DNA of 64,000 bases. Source: Chloroflexota bacterium. GTDB taxonomy: Bacteria > Chloroflexota > Dormibacteria > Dormibacterales > Dormibacteraceae. Under the pieces are notes generated by a model. That model was not told the DNA's origin and searched no databases. It saw nothing but the letters and a program-made list of their open reading frames with translations. A program made the position numbers and the translations under genes. The stretch covers positions 43,716 to 107,715 of the forward strand of contig VBEF01000025.1 of the NCBI GenBank assembly GCA_005881275.1, in the 5' to 3' direction. Position 1 is the stretch's first letter, and each line of letters starts with the position of its first letter. Below, one piece after another: positions 7,735 through 15,903 of the stretch.

Positions 7735-7888
7735 TTGTGGATCGTGGCCGCGGTGGTTGCCATCCTCGCGATCACCCTGCTGTGGGCGGTGCCGAGGCTC
7801 CAGCCCGCGACCGGGACGCTCGTCGTCGTCGCCGCGGGACGATCGGCAACGTCGCTCACCGACGGCACGTTGATGCTCCAGCGAAATG
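7735..7888 (+). other. Orphan signal-anchor coding segment, probably the displaced N-terminus of the downstream SCO/TlpA gene
   Basis: From TTG 7735, the frame gives MWIVAAVVAILAITLLWAVPRLQPATGTLVVVAAG..TDGTLMLQR (a TM helix). After about 7886 this frame degenerates into Arg-rich sequence, while the adjacent frame becomes SCO-like. Confidence 0.4.
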
Positions 7889-9001
7889 CGCGGCGACGTG
7901 GAGCGCGTCAACGTCACCGTCACGGCCGGCCAGGTCGAGCCGCTGCTGCTCGGCATCGAGTCGGGCAACCTCATTCCGGGCGCCGTCTACGCCGGCAACG
8001 ACGAGGTCAACCTCGGCTTGGGCGAGCTCGCAGGCAAGTTTGTCCCCATGCCCGGCTTCGACCTCATCGATCACGCAAATCGAGCCTTCAATTCCTCCAC
8101 CACTGCAGGCAAGGACGTGGTCATCGCGGCATTCCACACCACGTGCCACGAAACATGTCCGCTGTACACCGCCCTCTTCCTCCAGCTGGCAAAGCGAGTG
8201 CCCCCCACCGTGACGCTGGCCGAGGTCACGACCGATCCAGACGTGGATTCGGCCGCCGTCCTTTCGGAGTACAGGAACCGGATTGGCGCGACCTGGGAGT
8301 TCGCGACCGGGACTCGTGAAAAGGTGGCCTCGTTCTGGAAGGCGTTTGGCGTCGAGCTCGCGAGCGGCGACACGCACACGTCAACCCTCGCGCTGCTCGA
8401 CCGGCATGGATACATCCGACTCGTGTATCGCGGCGCGCCCAGCATCGGGAACGACATCCCGCCCGCCCTTGTCTCCTCGCTGAGTGCCCAAGGTTTGCGA
8501 CAGCTCGCCTCGGGCGGCGACGGGTGGGGCGCGCCGGACGTGCTTCAGGCGCTGCTCACGATCGCCGGTCCGGAAGCGTCGCCCCAGCCGGCCGGCGGCA
8601 AGGCGCCGAGCTTCAACCTCGCCTCGACGGGCGGTGGCACTGTCAGCCTGGCGTCGCTCGCCGGCAAGTCGCTCGTGATCAATTTCTGGCGGAGCGACTG
8701 CCCGCCCTGCCGGGCGGAGTTGCCTTTGCTGCAGCAGCGAGTCGGGGCACAGTCGGGGGCGCGGCTCGTGCTGATCAATTGGGGCGAGAGCGCCGACCTG
8801 GCACGGTCGTTTCTCGTCCGCAACGGAATCCAGGGGGACGCGTTGCTCGACGTCGATCTGACCACGGGCCGGTCGTACGGGATCGCGGCATTGCCGACGA
8901 CGATCTTCGTCCGGGCCGACGGCACCATCGACCGGCGCCAGGTTGGCCAGATCGACGAGCGCGTGCTCGCCTCGGAGTTGTCCAGGCTGATCACTCAGTA
9001 G
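7886..9001 (+). CDS. Fusion of a SCO1/SenC copper chaperone domain and a TlpA/ResA-like thiol:disulfide oxidoreductase domain
   Basis: SCO part: FHTTCHETCP (CxxxC) and a downstream His. Thioredoxin part: NFWRSDCPPCRAELP (CPPC). The ORF as called has no signal or anchor sequence. Confidence 0.85.
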   Translation: MRGDVERVNVTVTAGQVEPLLLGIESGNLIPGAVYAGNDEVNLGLGELAGKFVPMPGFDLIDHANRAFNSSTTAGKDVVIAAFHTTCHETCPLYTALFLQLAKRVPPTVTLAEVTTDPDVDSAAVLSEYRNRIGATWEFATGTREKVASFWKAFGVELASGDTHTSTLALLDRHGYIRLVYRGAPSIGNDIPPALVSSLSAQGLRQLASGGDGWGAPDVLQALLTIAGPEASPQPAGGKAPSFNLASTGGGTVSLASLAGKSLVINFWRSDCPPCRAELPLLQQRVGAQSGARLVLINWGESADLARSFLVRNGIQGDALLDVDLTTGRSYGIAALPTTIFVRADGTIDRRQVGQIDERVLASELSRLITQ

Positions 9002-9013
9002 ACTGGCCGACGG

Positions 9014-9925
9014 ATGGTGTCGATCGGCTTATTTAGGCGTGTCGCGTTTCTGACCGCCTTCTTCGCCTACCTCCAGATCGCGCTCGGCGGCGTGGTGCGA
9101 GTGACCGGATCGGGTCTTGGCTGCCCAGACTGGCCGCTCTGTCACGGGCGTCCTTATCCCGCGGCCGACGTCCACTCGATCATCGAGTACTCGCACCGGA
9201 CCGTCGGAGTTATCACCGGGATTCTCCTCATCGCGACGGTCGCGCTGGCATGGGTTGTCTTCCGCAATCAGCGCCCGCTGTTGGCGTGGCTCGCGACCGC
9301 CTCGCTCATCGCGATCGCGGCCGAAGGCGCCCTCGGCGGTGTGGTCGTCGCGAACGAGCTTGCGCCCTGGTTGGTCGTGGTCCACCTGGGGCTGGCCATG
9401 ATCATCCTCGGCTTTCTCCTCGCCACCGCGGTGATGTCGTTGCCCGCAACAGCGGGAGTCCAGGGCCGTTCCGTGCGCCGTCTGGCTGGAATCGCCGCCG
9501 CGGCGACGTATGGGCTGATGCTCACCGGTTCCACGGTCGTCGCAAGCTCGGCCGACGAAGGTTGTCACGCCTGGCCGCTTTGTGGCAACGGCTTCGCGTT
9601 GAGCTTCACGGGGGCGGACGCGTTCTCGATGCTTCACCGCGGCTCTGTCCTGTTGATCGGCGCCCTGCTCGTGTACGTGCTCATCGCCGCCCTGGGGGAG
9701 GTGTCGTTGCGGCCGATTGCGATCCCAACGATCATCGTGCTCGCGCTGCAAGTCGCGGTTGGAGCGGGTGCGGCCCTGACCGAATCGGCACTGTTCAACG
9801 GCCTGCACGTCGCCATCGCCACCCTCGTGTGGGCGGGCATGCTGTCGATCGCGCTCATGACCCTTCCCCGCGCCGATCGCGAGCGTTCGATGTCCAGGCT
9901 CGCGGTGGAGAAGCGACCCGCGTGA
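9014..9925 (+). CDS. ctaA: Heme A synthase (COX15/CtaA family)
   Basis: GLGCPDWPLCHG, EYSHR, and a second Cys pair (CHAWPLCG). Polytopic membrane protein. Confidence 0.9.
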   Translation: MVSIGLFRRVAFLTAFFAYLQIALGGVVRVTGSGLGCPDWPLCHGRPYPAADVHSIIEYSHRTVGVITGILLIATVALAWVVFRNQRPLLAWLATASLIAIAAEGALGGVVVANELAPWLVVVHLGLAMIILGFLLATAVMSLPATAGVQGRSVRRLAGIAAAATYGLMLTGSTVVASSADEGCHAWPLCGNGFALSFTGADAFSMLHRGSVLLIGALLVYVLIAALGEVSLRPIAIPTIIVLALQVAVGAGAALTESALFNGLHVAIATLVWAGMLSIALMTLPRADRERSMSRLAVEKRPA

Positions 9926-10815
9926 GCCTCGCCCCGGCCCTGCCTCGCGCACGCGGACTTACGAGTGTGGCTCGCGACTACATCAGCCTGCTCAAGCTTC
10001 GCGTGGTGTTGTTGCTCGATGCGACGGCGGTGGGCGTGATGGTGCCCGCGGCGCACGGGCATCCTCGCGTGGGTGCTGTGCTGGCGGTGCTCGTGGGCGG
10101 GACGCTTGCCGCCGGCGGAGCGCACGCGATCAACTGCTGGTTCGACCGCGATATCGATGCGGCGATGAACCGGACACGCCGCAGGCCCCTGCCCGACGGC
10201 CGCATTCCGGCGTGGCACGCGCTCGCGCTCGGGATCGTTCTCGTGGGTCTCTCGGTCATCGTGTTGTGGGCCGGAGCCAACCTGCTCGCCGCCGTGCTGG
10301 CGCTGGTTGGCGCGTTGCTGTACGTCTTTGTCTACACGATCTGGCTGAAGCGATCGACGCCGCAAAACATCGTCATCGGCGGCGCTGCCGGCGCTGTGCC
10401 GCCGCTCGTCGGCTGGGCCGGCGCGACCGGGCATCTCGACCTGACCGCCCTGTCGCTCTTCGCGGTCATCTTCTTCTGGACGCCGCCGCATTTCTGGGCG
10501 CTTGCGCAGCTGATCAAGAGCGACTACGCGCGTGCCAACATCCCGATGCTGCCGGTGGTCGCGGGCGAGAGGTCAGCCAAGCGGCAGACCGTCGTTTACG
10601 CCGCTTTGACCTTGCTGGTGAGCCTCGTGCCGTTCTTCACCGGATCAGCGGGCAGCGTCTACCTGGCCGGCGCGATCGTGCTTGGTGTGGGGCTGGTCGC
10701 CATCTCCGTGCTCGACCTAGAAGGCCGACGGTGGACGAGGCGGCTGTGGACCTATTCGATGGTCTACGTCGCGCTCCTGTTCACGGTCTTTGCCGTCTCG
10801 CCATTCGTTCCCTGA
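9922..10815 (+). CDS. ctaB: Protoheme IX farnesyltransferase (heme O synthase)
   Basis: NCWFDRDIDAAMNRTRRRPLP and TPPHFWALA motifs. Proposed GTG 9922 overlaps the ctaA stop (GTGA). The ORF-track start at 9250 is a shadow extension through ctaA. Confidence 0.9.
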   Translation: MSLAPALPRARGLTSVARDYISLLKLRVVLLLDATAVGVMVPAAHGHPRVGAVLAVLVGGTLAAGGAHAINCWFDRDIDAAMNRTRRRPLPDGRIPAWHALALGIVLVGLSVIVLWAGANLLAAVLALVGALLYVFVYTIWLKRSTPQNIVIGGAAGAVPPLVGWAGATGHLDLTALSLFAVIFFWTPPHFWALAQLIKSDYARANIPMLPVVAGERSAKRQTVVYAALTLLVSLVPFFTGSAGSVYLAGAIVLGVGLVAISVLDLEGRRWTRRLWTYSMVYVALLFTVFAVSPFVP

Positions 10816-10819
10816 CAGA

Positions 10820-11473
10820 TTGGAGATAGTCCGCCTCCACCTGGCCCGCATCGACGCGTTCAACCACATGCCGGTCCATGGATTCGTGATCAAGCACCCG
10901 CGCGCCGGCGCGATCCTGGTCGACACCGGCGTGGGTTGGCCGACCGAGCTGGTCGACGAATGGAAGGTCGTGAACCGCCACGCCGCCGACGCGCTGGCCG
11001 AGCACGACCTCAGTCCGGCCGACGTGAGGATCGTGATCAACAGTCACCTTCACTTCGATCACTGCGGGCAGAACGCCGTCTTCAAGCACGCGCCGTTCTA
11101 CATCCAGCGTTCGGAGCTCGCGCGCGCCCGCAGAGAGGACGACACCACGTCGGAGTGGTTCGACTTCGCCGGGGCGCGCTTCGAGCTGCTCGACGGCGAC
11201 GCGCAGATCGCGGACGGCGTGCGCGTGGTGGCCACGCCTGGGCACACGGTTGGCCACCAGAGCGTCTTCGTCGACATCGACGACGGCGCGGCGGTGATGA
11301 TCGGAGACGCGGCTTACACCTCCGACATCTATCGAGAGGCGGACAAGGCCGACCTCAGCGAGTGGCCGGGTCAGCATGCCAACCGTCGCGACTGGTCCCG
11401 CTCGCTGAGGAAGGTCCACGCGATGCGGCCCCGCGAGGTCCACTTCTGCCATGACACCCGCGTCGTGAGATGA
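10820..11473 (+). CDS. MBL-fold metallo-hydrolase, AHL-lactonase-like
   Basis: The SHLHFDHCGQN (HxHxDH) motif and a later PGHTVGHQS. TTG 10820 lies just after the ctaB stop; ATG 10790 is an alternative start. Confidence 0.8.
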   Translation: MEIVRLHLARIDAFNHMPVHGFVIKHPRAGAILVDTGVGWPTELVDEWKVVNRHAADALAEHDLSPADVRIVINSHLHFDHCGQNAVFKHAPFYIQRSELARARREDDTTSEWFDFAGARFELLDGDAQIADGVRVVATPGHTVGHQSVFVDIDDGAAVMIGDAAYTSDIYREADKADLSEWPGQHANRRDWSRSLRKVHAMRPREVHFCHDTRVVR

Positions 11474-12285
11474 AGTTCGGACCGCTGGTCGACGCCGCGT
11501 GGCTGCATGAGCACATCGCGGATCCCGACGTCCGTGTGATCGACTTTCGCTGGTATATCCATGGTCGCCTCGGTCGCGACGAGTACCTCGGTGGCCATAT
11601 CCCTGGCGCCGTGTTTGTCGACCTGGATGACGTCACAGGGGAGGAAGGGGCGGGCAGGCATCCGCTGCCTTCGGCTGCGCGCTTCGAAGAGGCAATGAGG
11701 ACAGCCGGTGTGGATACCGACACAAGAGTTGTCGCCTACGACGACGTCGGTGGCGCGGTGGCCTCGCGACTCTGGTTCCTGCTCGGCCATTTCGGCCATA
11801 GAGGGCAGGCCGTTCTCGACGGCGGGCTGCGGGCGTGGGGCGGACCCCTCGAGGCTGAAGTCACGAAAGTCGCACGCGGGCGGTTCCGGGCGCATCAGCC
11901 CGACCAAGGCCGTGTCCTCGACTTCGAGCAGGTTCGGGAACTGCGTGGCGTGCCGCTCATCGACGCGCGAGCCGGCGAGCGGTATCGCGGCGAGACCGAG
12001 CCGGTCGATCCGAAAGCCGGGCACATTCCGGGAGCGGTCAGCGCTCCGTTCGCCGAGAACCTCGACCCGGACAGCCGTTTCAAATCCGCGGATGAGCTGC
12101 GCAGGCGATACCAAGCCCTCGGGGCCGAGAACGGCGCGGTTTTCTACTGCGGTTCGGGCGTCAATGCGACGCATCACCTTCTGGCGATGGAGATCGCGGG
12201 ACTTCCCGGCGCGCGCCTCTACGCGGGAGCGTGGAGCGACTGGTCGCGACGCGATGCTCCTGTGGCCACCGGCTCGGAACCTTAA
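11470..12285 (+). CDS. Tandem-rhodanese sulfurtransferase (thiosulfate/3-mercaptopyruvate type)
   Basis: Two rhodanese domains. Active-site loop is YCGSGVNATH. ATGA overlap with the upstream MBL gene. Confidence 0.88.
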   Translation: MKFGPLVDAAWLHEHIADPDVRVIDFRWYIHGRLGRDEYLGGHIPGAVFVDLDDVTGEEGAGRHPLPSAARFEEAMRTAGVDTDTRVVAYDDVGGAVASRLWFLLGHFGHRGQAVLDGGLRAWGGPLEAEVTKVARGRFRAHQPDQGRVLDFEQVRELRGVPLIDARAGERYRGETEPVDPKAGHIPGAVSAPFAENLDPDSRFKSADELRRRYQALGAENGAVFYCGSGVNATHHLLAMEIAGLPGARLYAGAWSDWSRRDAPVATGSEP

Positions 12286-12298
12286 AGTTATCGACGCC

Positions 12299-13087
12299 AT
12301 GATCCTCAAAGGAAAGCGGATTCTCATCGCGGGGATGTCAGATCGGCGCAGCATCGGTTTTTCCATTGCCCAGGAGGCGCAGCGCGAGGGCGCCGAGATC
12401 CTGCTCACAAGCTTCGGACGGATGATGAGCATCACGCAGATGACCGCCAAGAAGCTCGACCCTGTGCCCGAAATCCTCGAGATGGATGTCAGCAAACCCG
12501 ACGACATCGCGAATGCTTTCAAGGAAACGGAGAAACGGTGGGACCGCCTGGATGGGCTCGTGCATTCGGTTGCGTACGCTCCAGCCGATGCGTTGGGAGG
12601 CCAATTCCTCAACACTCCGTGGGAAAGCGTCGCGACGGCGCTTCAAGTCAGCGCTTTTTCGTTTAAGGAGATGGCCCGAGGATTTCTTCCGCTGATGCGA
12701 GAGAACGGTGGATCGCTGGTCACGCTGGATTTCGACAATTCAACCAACGCGTGGCCGAAATACGACTGGATGGGCGTCTCCAAGGCCGCCCTCGAGTCAG
12801 TAACTCGATATCTGGCGCGAGACCTCGGCCGTTACAAGATTCGCGTCAATGCTGTTTGCGCGGGACCGCTGGCGACGCTCGCCGCGAGCGGCATCCCCGG
12901 CTTCAAGGATTTCGAAGAGGTATGGGAAAAAAGGGCTCCGCTCGGCTGGAGTCTGCAGGACAGATCTCCGGTCGGTAGGGCGGTCACCGTCCTCCTCTCC
13001 GACTTCCTCGACATGACCACCGGCGAGCTCCTGCACGTCGACGGCGGGTACCACGCGATGGGGACTGAACTGCCTCCTTCTGATTAG
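12299..13087 (+). CDS. fabI: Enoyl-[acyl-carrier-protein] reductase (NADH), InhA/FabI type
   Basis: KRILIAG..SIGFSIA, Y-x6-K (YDWMGVSKAAL), and VNAVCAGPLATLAASGI. The 11708 start in the ORF track is a shadow extension through the rhodanese gene. Confidence 0.9.
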   Translation: MILKGKRILIAGMSDRRSIGFSIAQEAQREGAEILLTSFGRMMSITQMTAKKLDPVPEILEMDVSKPDDIANAFKETEKRWDRLDGLVHSVAYAPADALGGQFLNTPWESVATALQVSAFSFKEMARGFLPLMRENGGSLVTLDFDNSTNAWPKYDWMGVSKAALESVTRYLARDLGRYKIRVNAVCAGPLATLAASGIPGFKDFEEVWEKRAPLGWSLQDRSPVGRAVTVLLSDFLDMTTGELLHVDGGYHAMGTELPPSD

Positions 13088-13198
13088 CCCTAGATGTTGT
13101 GTTTGCCTGGGGACAAGCGCGCAACATCGTGTTAGGCTCTTCCAAATCCTGGTGTGGCGGGCCCACCGCCACGACAGCCAAAACGGGAGGAATGCAGT

Positions 13199-13612
13199 TT
13201 GCGGGAGTGCCTGGTGATCTACGTAGACGCCGCGCTCGACAGGCACGGCCGGGCCGGATGTGGCCTGGCCGTTTTTGTTAGAGGGCGGGCGGTCTACACC
13301 GAGTCGTTCGGCTTTTCGCATATGGGTGGCTCGGCTCAGCTGGAGGCGCACGTGTGCGCGGGCGCGCTCGATCTTGCCGCCGCGCGCTGGCCTTATCACC
13401 GTGTGATCGTGCGCACGGATTGCGCTCCAGTGGTCCGCAGCCGAATGCCGTCGAGCGATAGCTTTCGCATCGCAGTGCACGAAGTTCGCGAACGATGCCG
13501 GCGCGGTTGGCGCGTAGTTCGTTATGTAAGCCGTAAAGCAAATCCTGCACATGAATTGGCACGTGAGGGATTGAAGAGCCTCTCCAAGCAACAGATCCTC
13601 GCCGCCGCCTAA
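13199..13612 (+). CDS. Small RNase H-like (RVT_3 / type-1 RNase H fold) protein
   Basis: VIYVDAA (Asp), AQLEAH (Glu), VRTDC (Asp) and NPAHELAREG at the C-terminus. The SD GGGAGGA lies 9 nt before TTG 13199. Confidence 0.6.
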   Translation: MRECLVIYVDAALDRHGRAGCGLAVFVRGRAVYTESFGFSHMGGSAQLEAHVCAGALDLAAARWPYHRVIVRTDCAPVVRSRMPSSDSFRIAVHEVRERCRRGWRVVRYVSRKANPAHELAREGLKSLSKQQILAAA

Positions 13613-13629
13613 ACCCGTCACGGAAATTG

Positions 13630-13671
13630 AATCGGGCGCAGCTAATATGGCTTCGCCCGATTTTCTTTCTT
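13630..13671 (+). terminator. Rho-independent terminator candidate after the RNase H-like gene
   Basis: AATCGGGCG (13630-13638) pairs with CGCCCGATT (13654-13662). A TTCTTTCTT tract follows. Confidence 0.55.
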
Positions 13672-13687
13672 GCACAGGGGAGTTGAC

Positions 13688-14035
13688 ATGGCACCCGAGG
13701 AAGCACAGCCAAATGCGCCGCGTCGTCGCGGACGTCCACCCGGATCAAAAACAACTCGAACCAGACGCCGGCCGACCGGCGGCGGCGATATTGTGGCCCA
13801 GCTCAATTCGATGGTGGCGGAGCTGATCAAGAAGAACCGACTGCTTCAGCGACAGGTGACGAAGTTGACGGAGCGTGCCGGTAAGTCGTCGACGAGCAAG
13901 GGTGTGGAGCGCGGATTGCGCACGATCTCACGGCGCGTGCAGCGTGCGCTCGGCTCGACAAAGAGGCGCGTCAAAACGGCACCGACAAACGGCCGGCGAC
14001 GCAAGACCGCGACGCGGAAGCGCCGGTCCTCCTAA
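13688..14035 (+). CDS. Highly basic AT-hook plus coiled-coil protein, candidate nucleoid-associated protein
   Basis: RRRGRPPGSK (AT-hook-like RGRP core), a heptad-like segment IVAQLNSMVAELIKKNRLLQRQVTKLTE, and a Lys/Arg-rich tail. The SD GGGGAG lies 5 nt before ATG 13688. Confidence 0.5.
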   Translation: MAPEEAQPNAPRRRGRPPGSKTTRTRRRPTGGGDIVAQLNSMVAELIKKNRLLQRQVTKLTERAGKSSTSKGVERGLRTISRRVQRALGSTKRRVKTAPTNGRRRKTATRKRRSS

Positions 14036-14403
14036 GCTCTCGCCGGCTCCATGTGTTTGGCGATGCGGTAAGCGTCCACGATGCTGAATACATACAGCGC
14101 ACCCGGCCCGAGCTCGAGGGGTACGCCGAGCGATAGTCCGATCACGGTCGCGTCCAGGCCCAGGTCGAAAAGCTGGAAGCCCACGATCCCGACGATGAAG
14201 CCGAATCCCTTGAGGTTGTGGCCCAGGTAAAAGTGGCCGCAACCCGGGATGATCGCCAGGGCCGCCGCTGCCCACGGGTTCTTGCGCTGCATCGCCATTG
14301 GCCGGTAGTACGCGCCTGACGCGGGCGACCCGCATCGGGGACATGGCGCGCTCGGGTTGGTGAGCAGCGCCCCGCAGCGCCCGCAGAGAACCTCGGATGC
14401 CAT
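14032..14403 (-). CDS. Zinc-ribbon plus multi-pass membrane protein
   Basis: N-terminal CGRCG..CPRCG zinc ribbon, then hydrophobic helices containing the IIPGCGHFYLG motif. Confidence 0.6.
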   Translation of the reverse strand: MASEVLCGRCGALLTNPSAPCPRCGSPASGAYYRPMAMQRKNPWAAAALAIIPGCGHFYLGHNLKGFGFIVGIVGFQLFDLGLDATVIGLSLGVPLELGPGALYVFSIVDAYRIAKHMEPARA

Positions 14404-14440
14404 CCCCTTTCAGTTTGCCAAGTTTGCTAGCTTCCTAACC

Positions 14441-15613
14441 GTGGATCTCGGCTTCACGCCCGACGAGGAGTCCTTCCGACAAGAGGTCCGAGGCTGGCTC
14501 GACAGCAACCTGCCTCCTGAGTGGCGCCACGGCGCCGCAGGCGGCTACCGCGAGGAAGAGGAGACCGAGGTCCAGCGCGGGTGGCAGCGGCGCCTGTACG
14601 AGGGAGGCTGGCTGAACCTCGGCTGGCCGAAGGTCGCCGGAGGTCGTGGCGCCACGCCCGTAATGCAGGCGATCTACCAGGAGGAGATGACCAAGGCCGG
14701 CGCGCCCGGCATCCTCGGTCGTCTCGGCGTGACCTTGCTCGCGCCGACCCTCGTCGCACACGGGACCGACTGGCAGAAGGAGACGTACATCGAAAAGATC
14801 CTCAGCGGCGAGCTTATCTTCTGCCAGGGCTTCAGCGAGCCGGACGCCGGCAGCGACCTCGCGGGTTTGCGTACGCGAGCCGAGCGTCGCGACGGCAAGT
14901 GGGTCCTCAGCGGACAGAAGACCTGGTCGAGCGGTGCCCACTATTCAGACAAGAGCTTTCTGCTGGCGCGGACAGATCCGGCGGCCGAGCCGCATCGCGG
15001 CATCGGGTTCTTTCTCGTCGACATGAAGCAACCCGGAGTGGAGGTGCGGCGGATCAAGCAGATGACCGGCGGTGGCGAGTTCTGCGAGATATTCCTTTCC
15101 GGAGCGGTGGTCGAGGAGCGTGACCTCGTCGGACAGCCTGGCGATGGCTGGAAGATCGCGATGACGGTGTTCGGCTTCGAGCGAGGTGGCCTCGCCCAGG
15201 CGGCGCGCTTCGAGCGCGCTGTCGCCGAGCTGGCGGCCCTCGCGCGTGAGCGGGGCGCCGGATCCGACGCCGCGACGCGGCAGCGTATCGCCCAGGCGCA
15301 GATCGAGGCGCATGTCTTCCGCCTGATCGGCCTCCGCAGCCTCACCAAGGCGCAGCACGGCCACGCGCCGGGTCCGGAAGCCAGCGTCACGAAGCTCTAC
15401 TGGAGCGAGATGGACAAGCGCCTGCAGGAAGCAGCCGTTGGGGTCGAGGGGATGTACGGCGCGCTGGCGCCCGAATCCGCTCTCGCGATCGACGACGGGC
15501 GATGGCAATACGGCTGGATGTGGGCGCAGGCCGAGACCATCTACGCGGGCTCTTCCGAGATCCAGCGCAACATCATCGCCGAGCGCGTACTGGGGCTCCC
15601 GCGCGGCAGATGA
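14441..15613 (+). CDS. Acyl-CoA dehydrogenase family protein
   Basis: GFSEPDAGSDLAG, the WSSGA motif region, and the C-terminal YAGSSEIQRNIIAERVLG. GTG 14441 avoids overlap with the divergent gene. Confidence 0.9.
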   Translation: MDLGFTPDEESFRQEVRGWLDSNLPPEWRHGAAGGYREEEETEVQRGWQRRLYEGGWLNLGWPKVAGGRGATPVMQAIYQEEMTKAGAPGILGRLGVTLLAPTLVAHGTDWQKETYIEKILSGELIFCQGFSEPDAGSDLAGLRTRAERRDGKWVLSGQKTWSSGAHYSDKSFLLARTDPAAEPHRGIGFFLVDMKQPGVEVRRIKQMTGGGEFCEIFLSGAVVEERDLVGQPGDGWKIAMTVFGFERGGLAQAARFERAVAELAALARERGAGSDAATRQRIAQAQIEAHVFRLIGLRSLTKAQHGHAPGPEASVTKLYWSEMDKRLQEAAVGVEGMYGALAPESALAIDDGRWQYGWMWAQAETIYAGSSEIQRNIIAERVLGLPRGR

Positions 15614-15903
15614 GCACGACAGCGTGGGTCATCGACCGGCTCAAGTCGCGTATTGGCGTCGACGGGCCTGAGGTGACCGCGCCCGTGGAGGCGGGACATG
15701 TGAGGCGGTTTGCCGAGGCAATCGGCGAATACTTCGCGCCTGTGCTTATCGGTGACCAGATCACCGCAAAAGGCCGCGTCGTCGACGTGTATGACAAGGC
15801 TGGTTCGACCGGGAACATGCTCTTCATCCTGTTCGAGACTGATTACACAAATCAGCACGGCGAGCTCGTCGCTCGCTTGCGCGGAACGATGATCCGCAGA
15901 TGA
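15610..15903 (+). CDS. Short MaoC-N/HadA-like hotdog-fold protein (non-catalytic partner), apparently lacking the central region
   Basis: VEAGHVRRFAEAIGE then directly PVLIGDQITAKGRVVDVYDKAGSTGNMLFILFETDYTNQHGELVA. ATGA overlap at both ends. Confidence 0.6.
   Translation: MSTTAWVIDRLKSRIGVDGPEVTAPVEAGHVRRFAEAIGEYFAPVLIGDQITAKGRVVDVYDKAGSTGNMLFILFETDYTNQHGELVARLRGTMIRR

Noticed and set aside
6447-7868. A 473-aa minus-strand ORF antisense to the PLD-like gene. Similar long antisense or out-of-frame ORFs occur at 17433-18647(+), 18644-20098(-), 19210-20718(+), 24637-26331(-), 39277-40653(-), 45353-46834(-), 46795-48189(-), 48213-50015(-), 55415-56461(-) and 55639-57135(+).
   Set aside because: All are Arg/Gly/Pro/Asp-rich shadow frames opposite or overlapping genes with unmistakable homology (PLD, liv genes, dnaK, glyA, atpA/G/D, murA, GT-C-like). 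Stop-free alternative frames are expected at this GC content. None shows a recognisable motif.
9250-9921. Long N-terminal extensions in the ORF track, such as ctaB from 9250, fabI from 11708, atpE from 42658, mreB from 49913, the ACAD from 14357, DUF2269 from 16178, the GNAT from 3240 and DUF3090 from 24540.
   Set aside because: The extensions overlap the preceding gene in another frame, are compositionally Arg-rich, and lack family similarity. Internal starts coincide with where homology begins and with typical ATGA/GTGA coupling.
15530-15560. The acyl-CoA dehydrogenase has Y-A-G where MCAD-type enzymes have the catalytic Y-E-G glutamate.
   Set aside because: ACAD subfamilies (IVD/LCAD type, heteromeric FadE/ChsE type) place the catalytic base elsewhere or in a partner subunit. 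By eye I cannot exclude that, so this is not reported as a degenerate enzyme.
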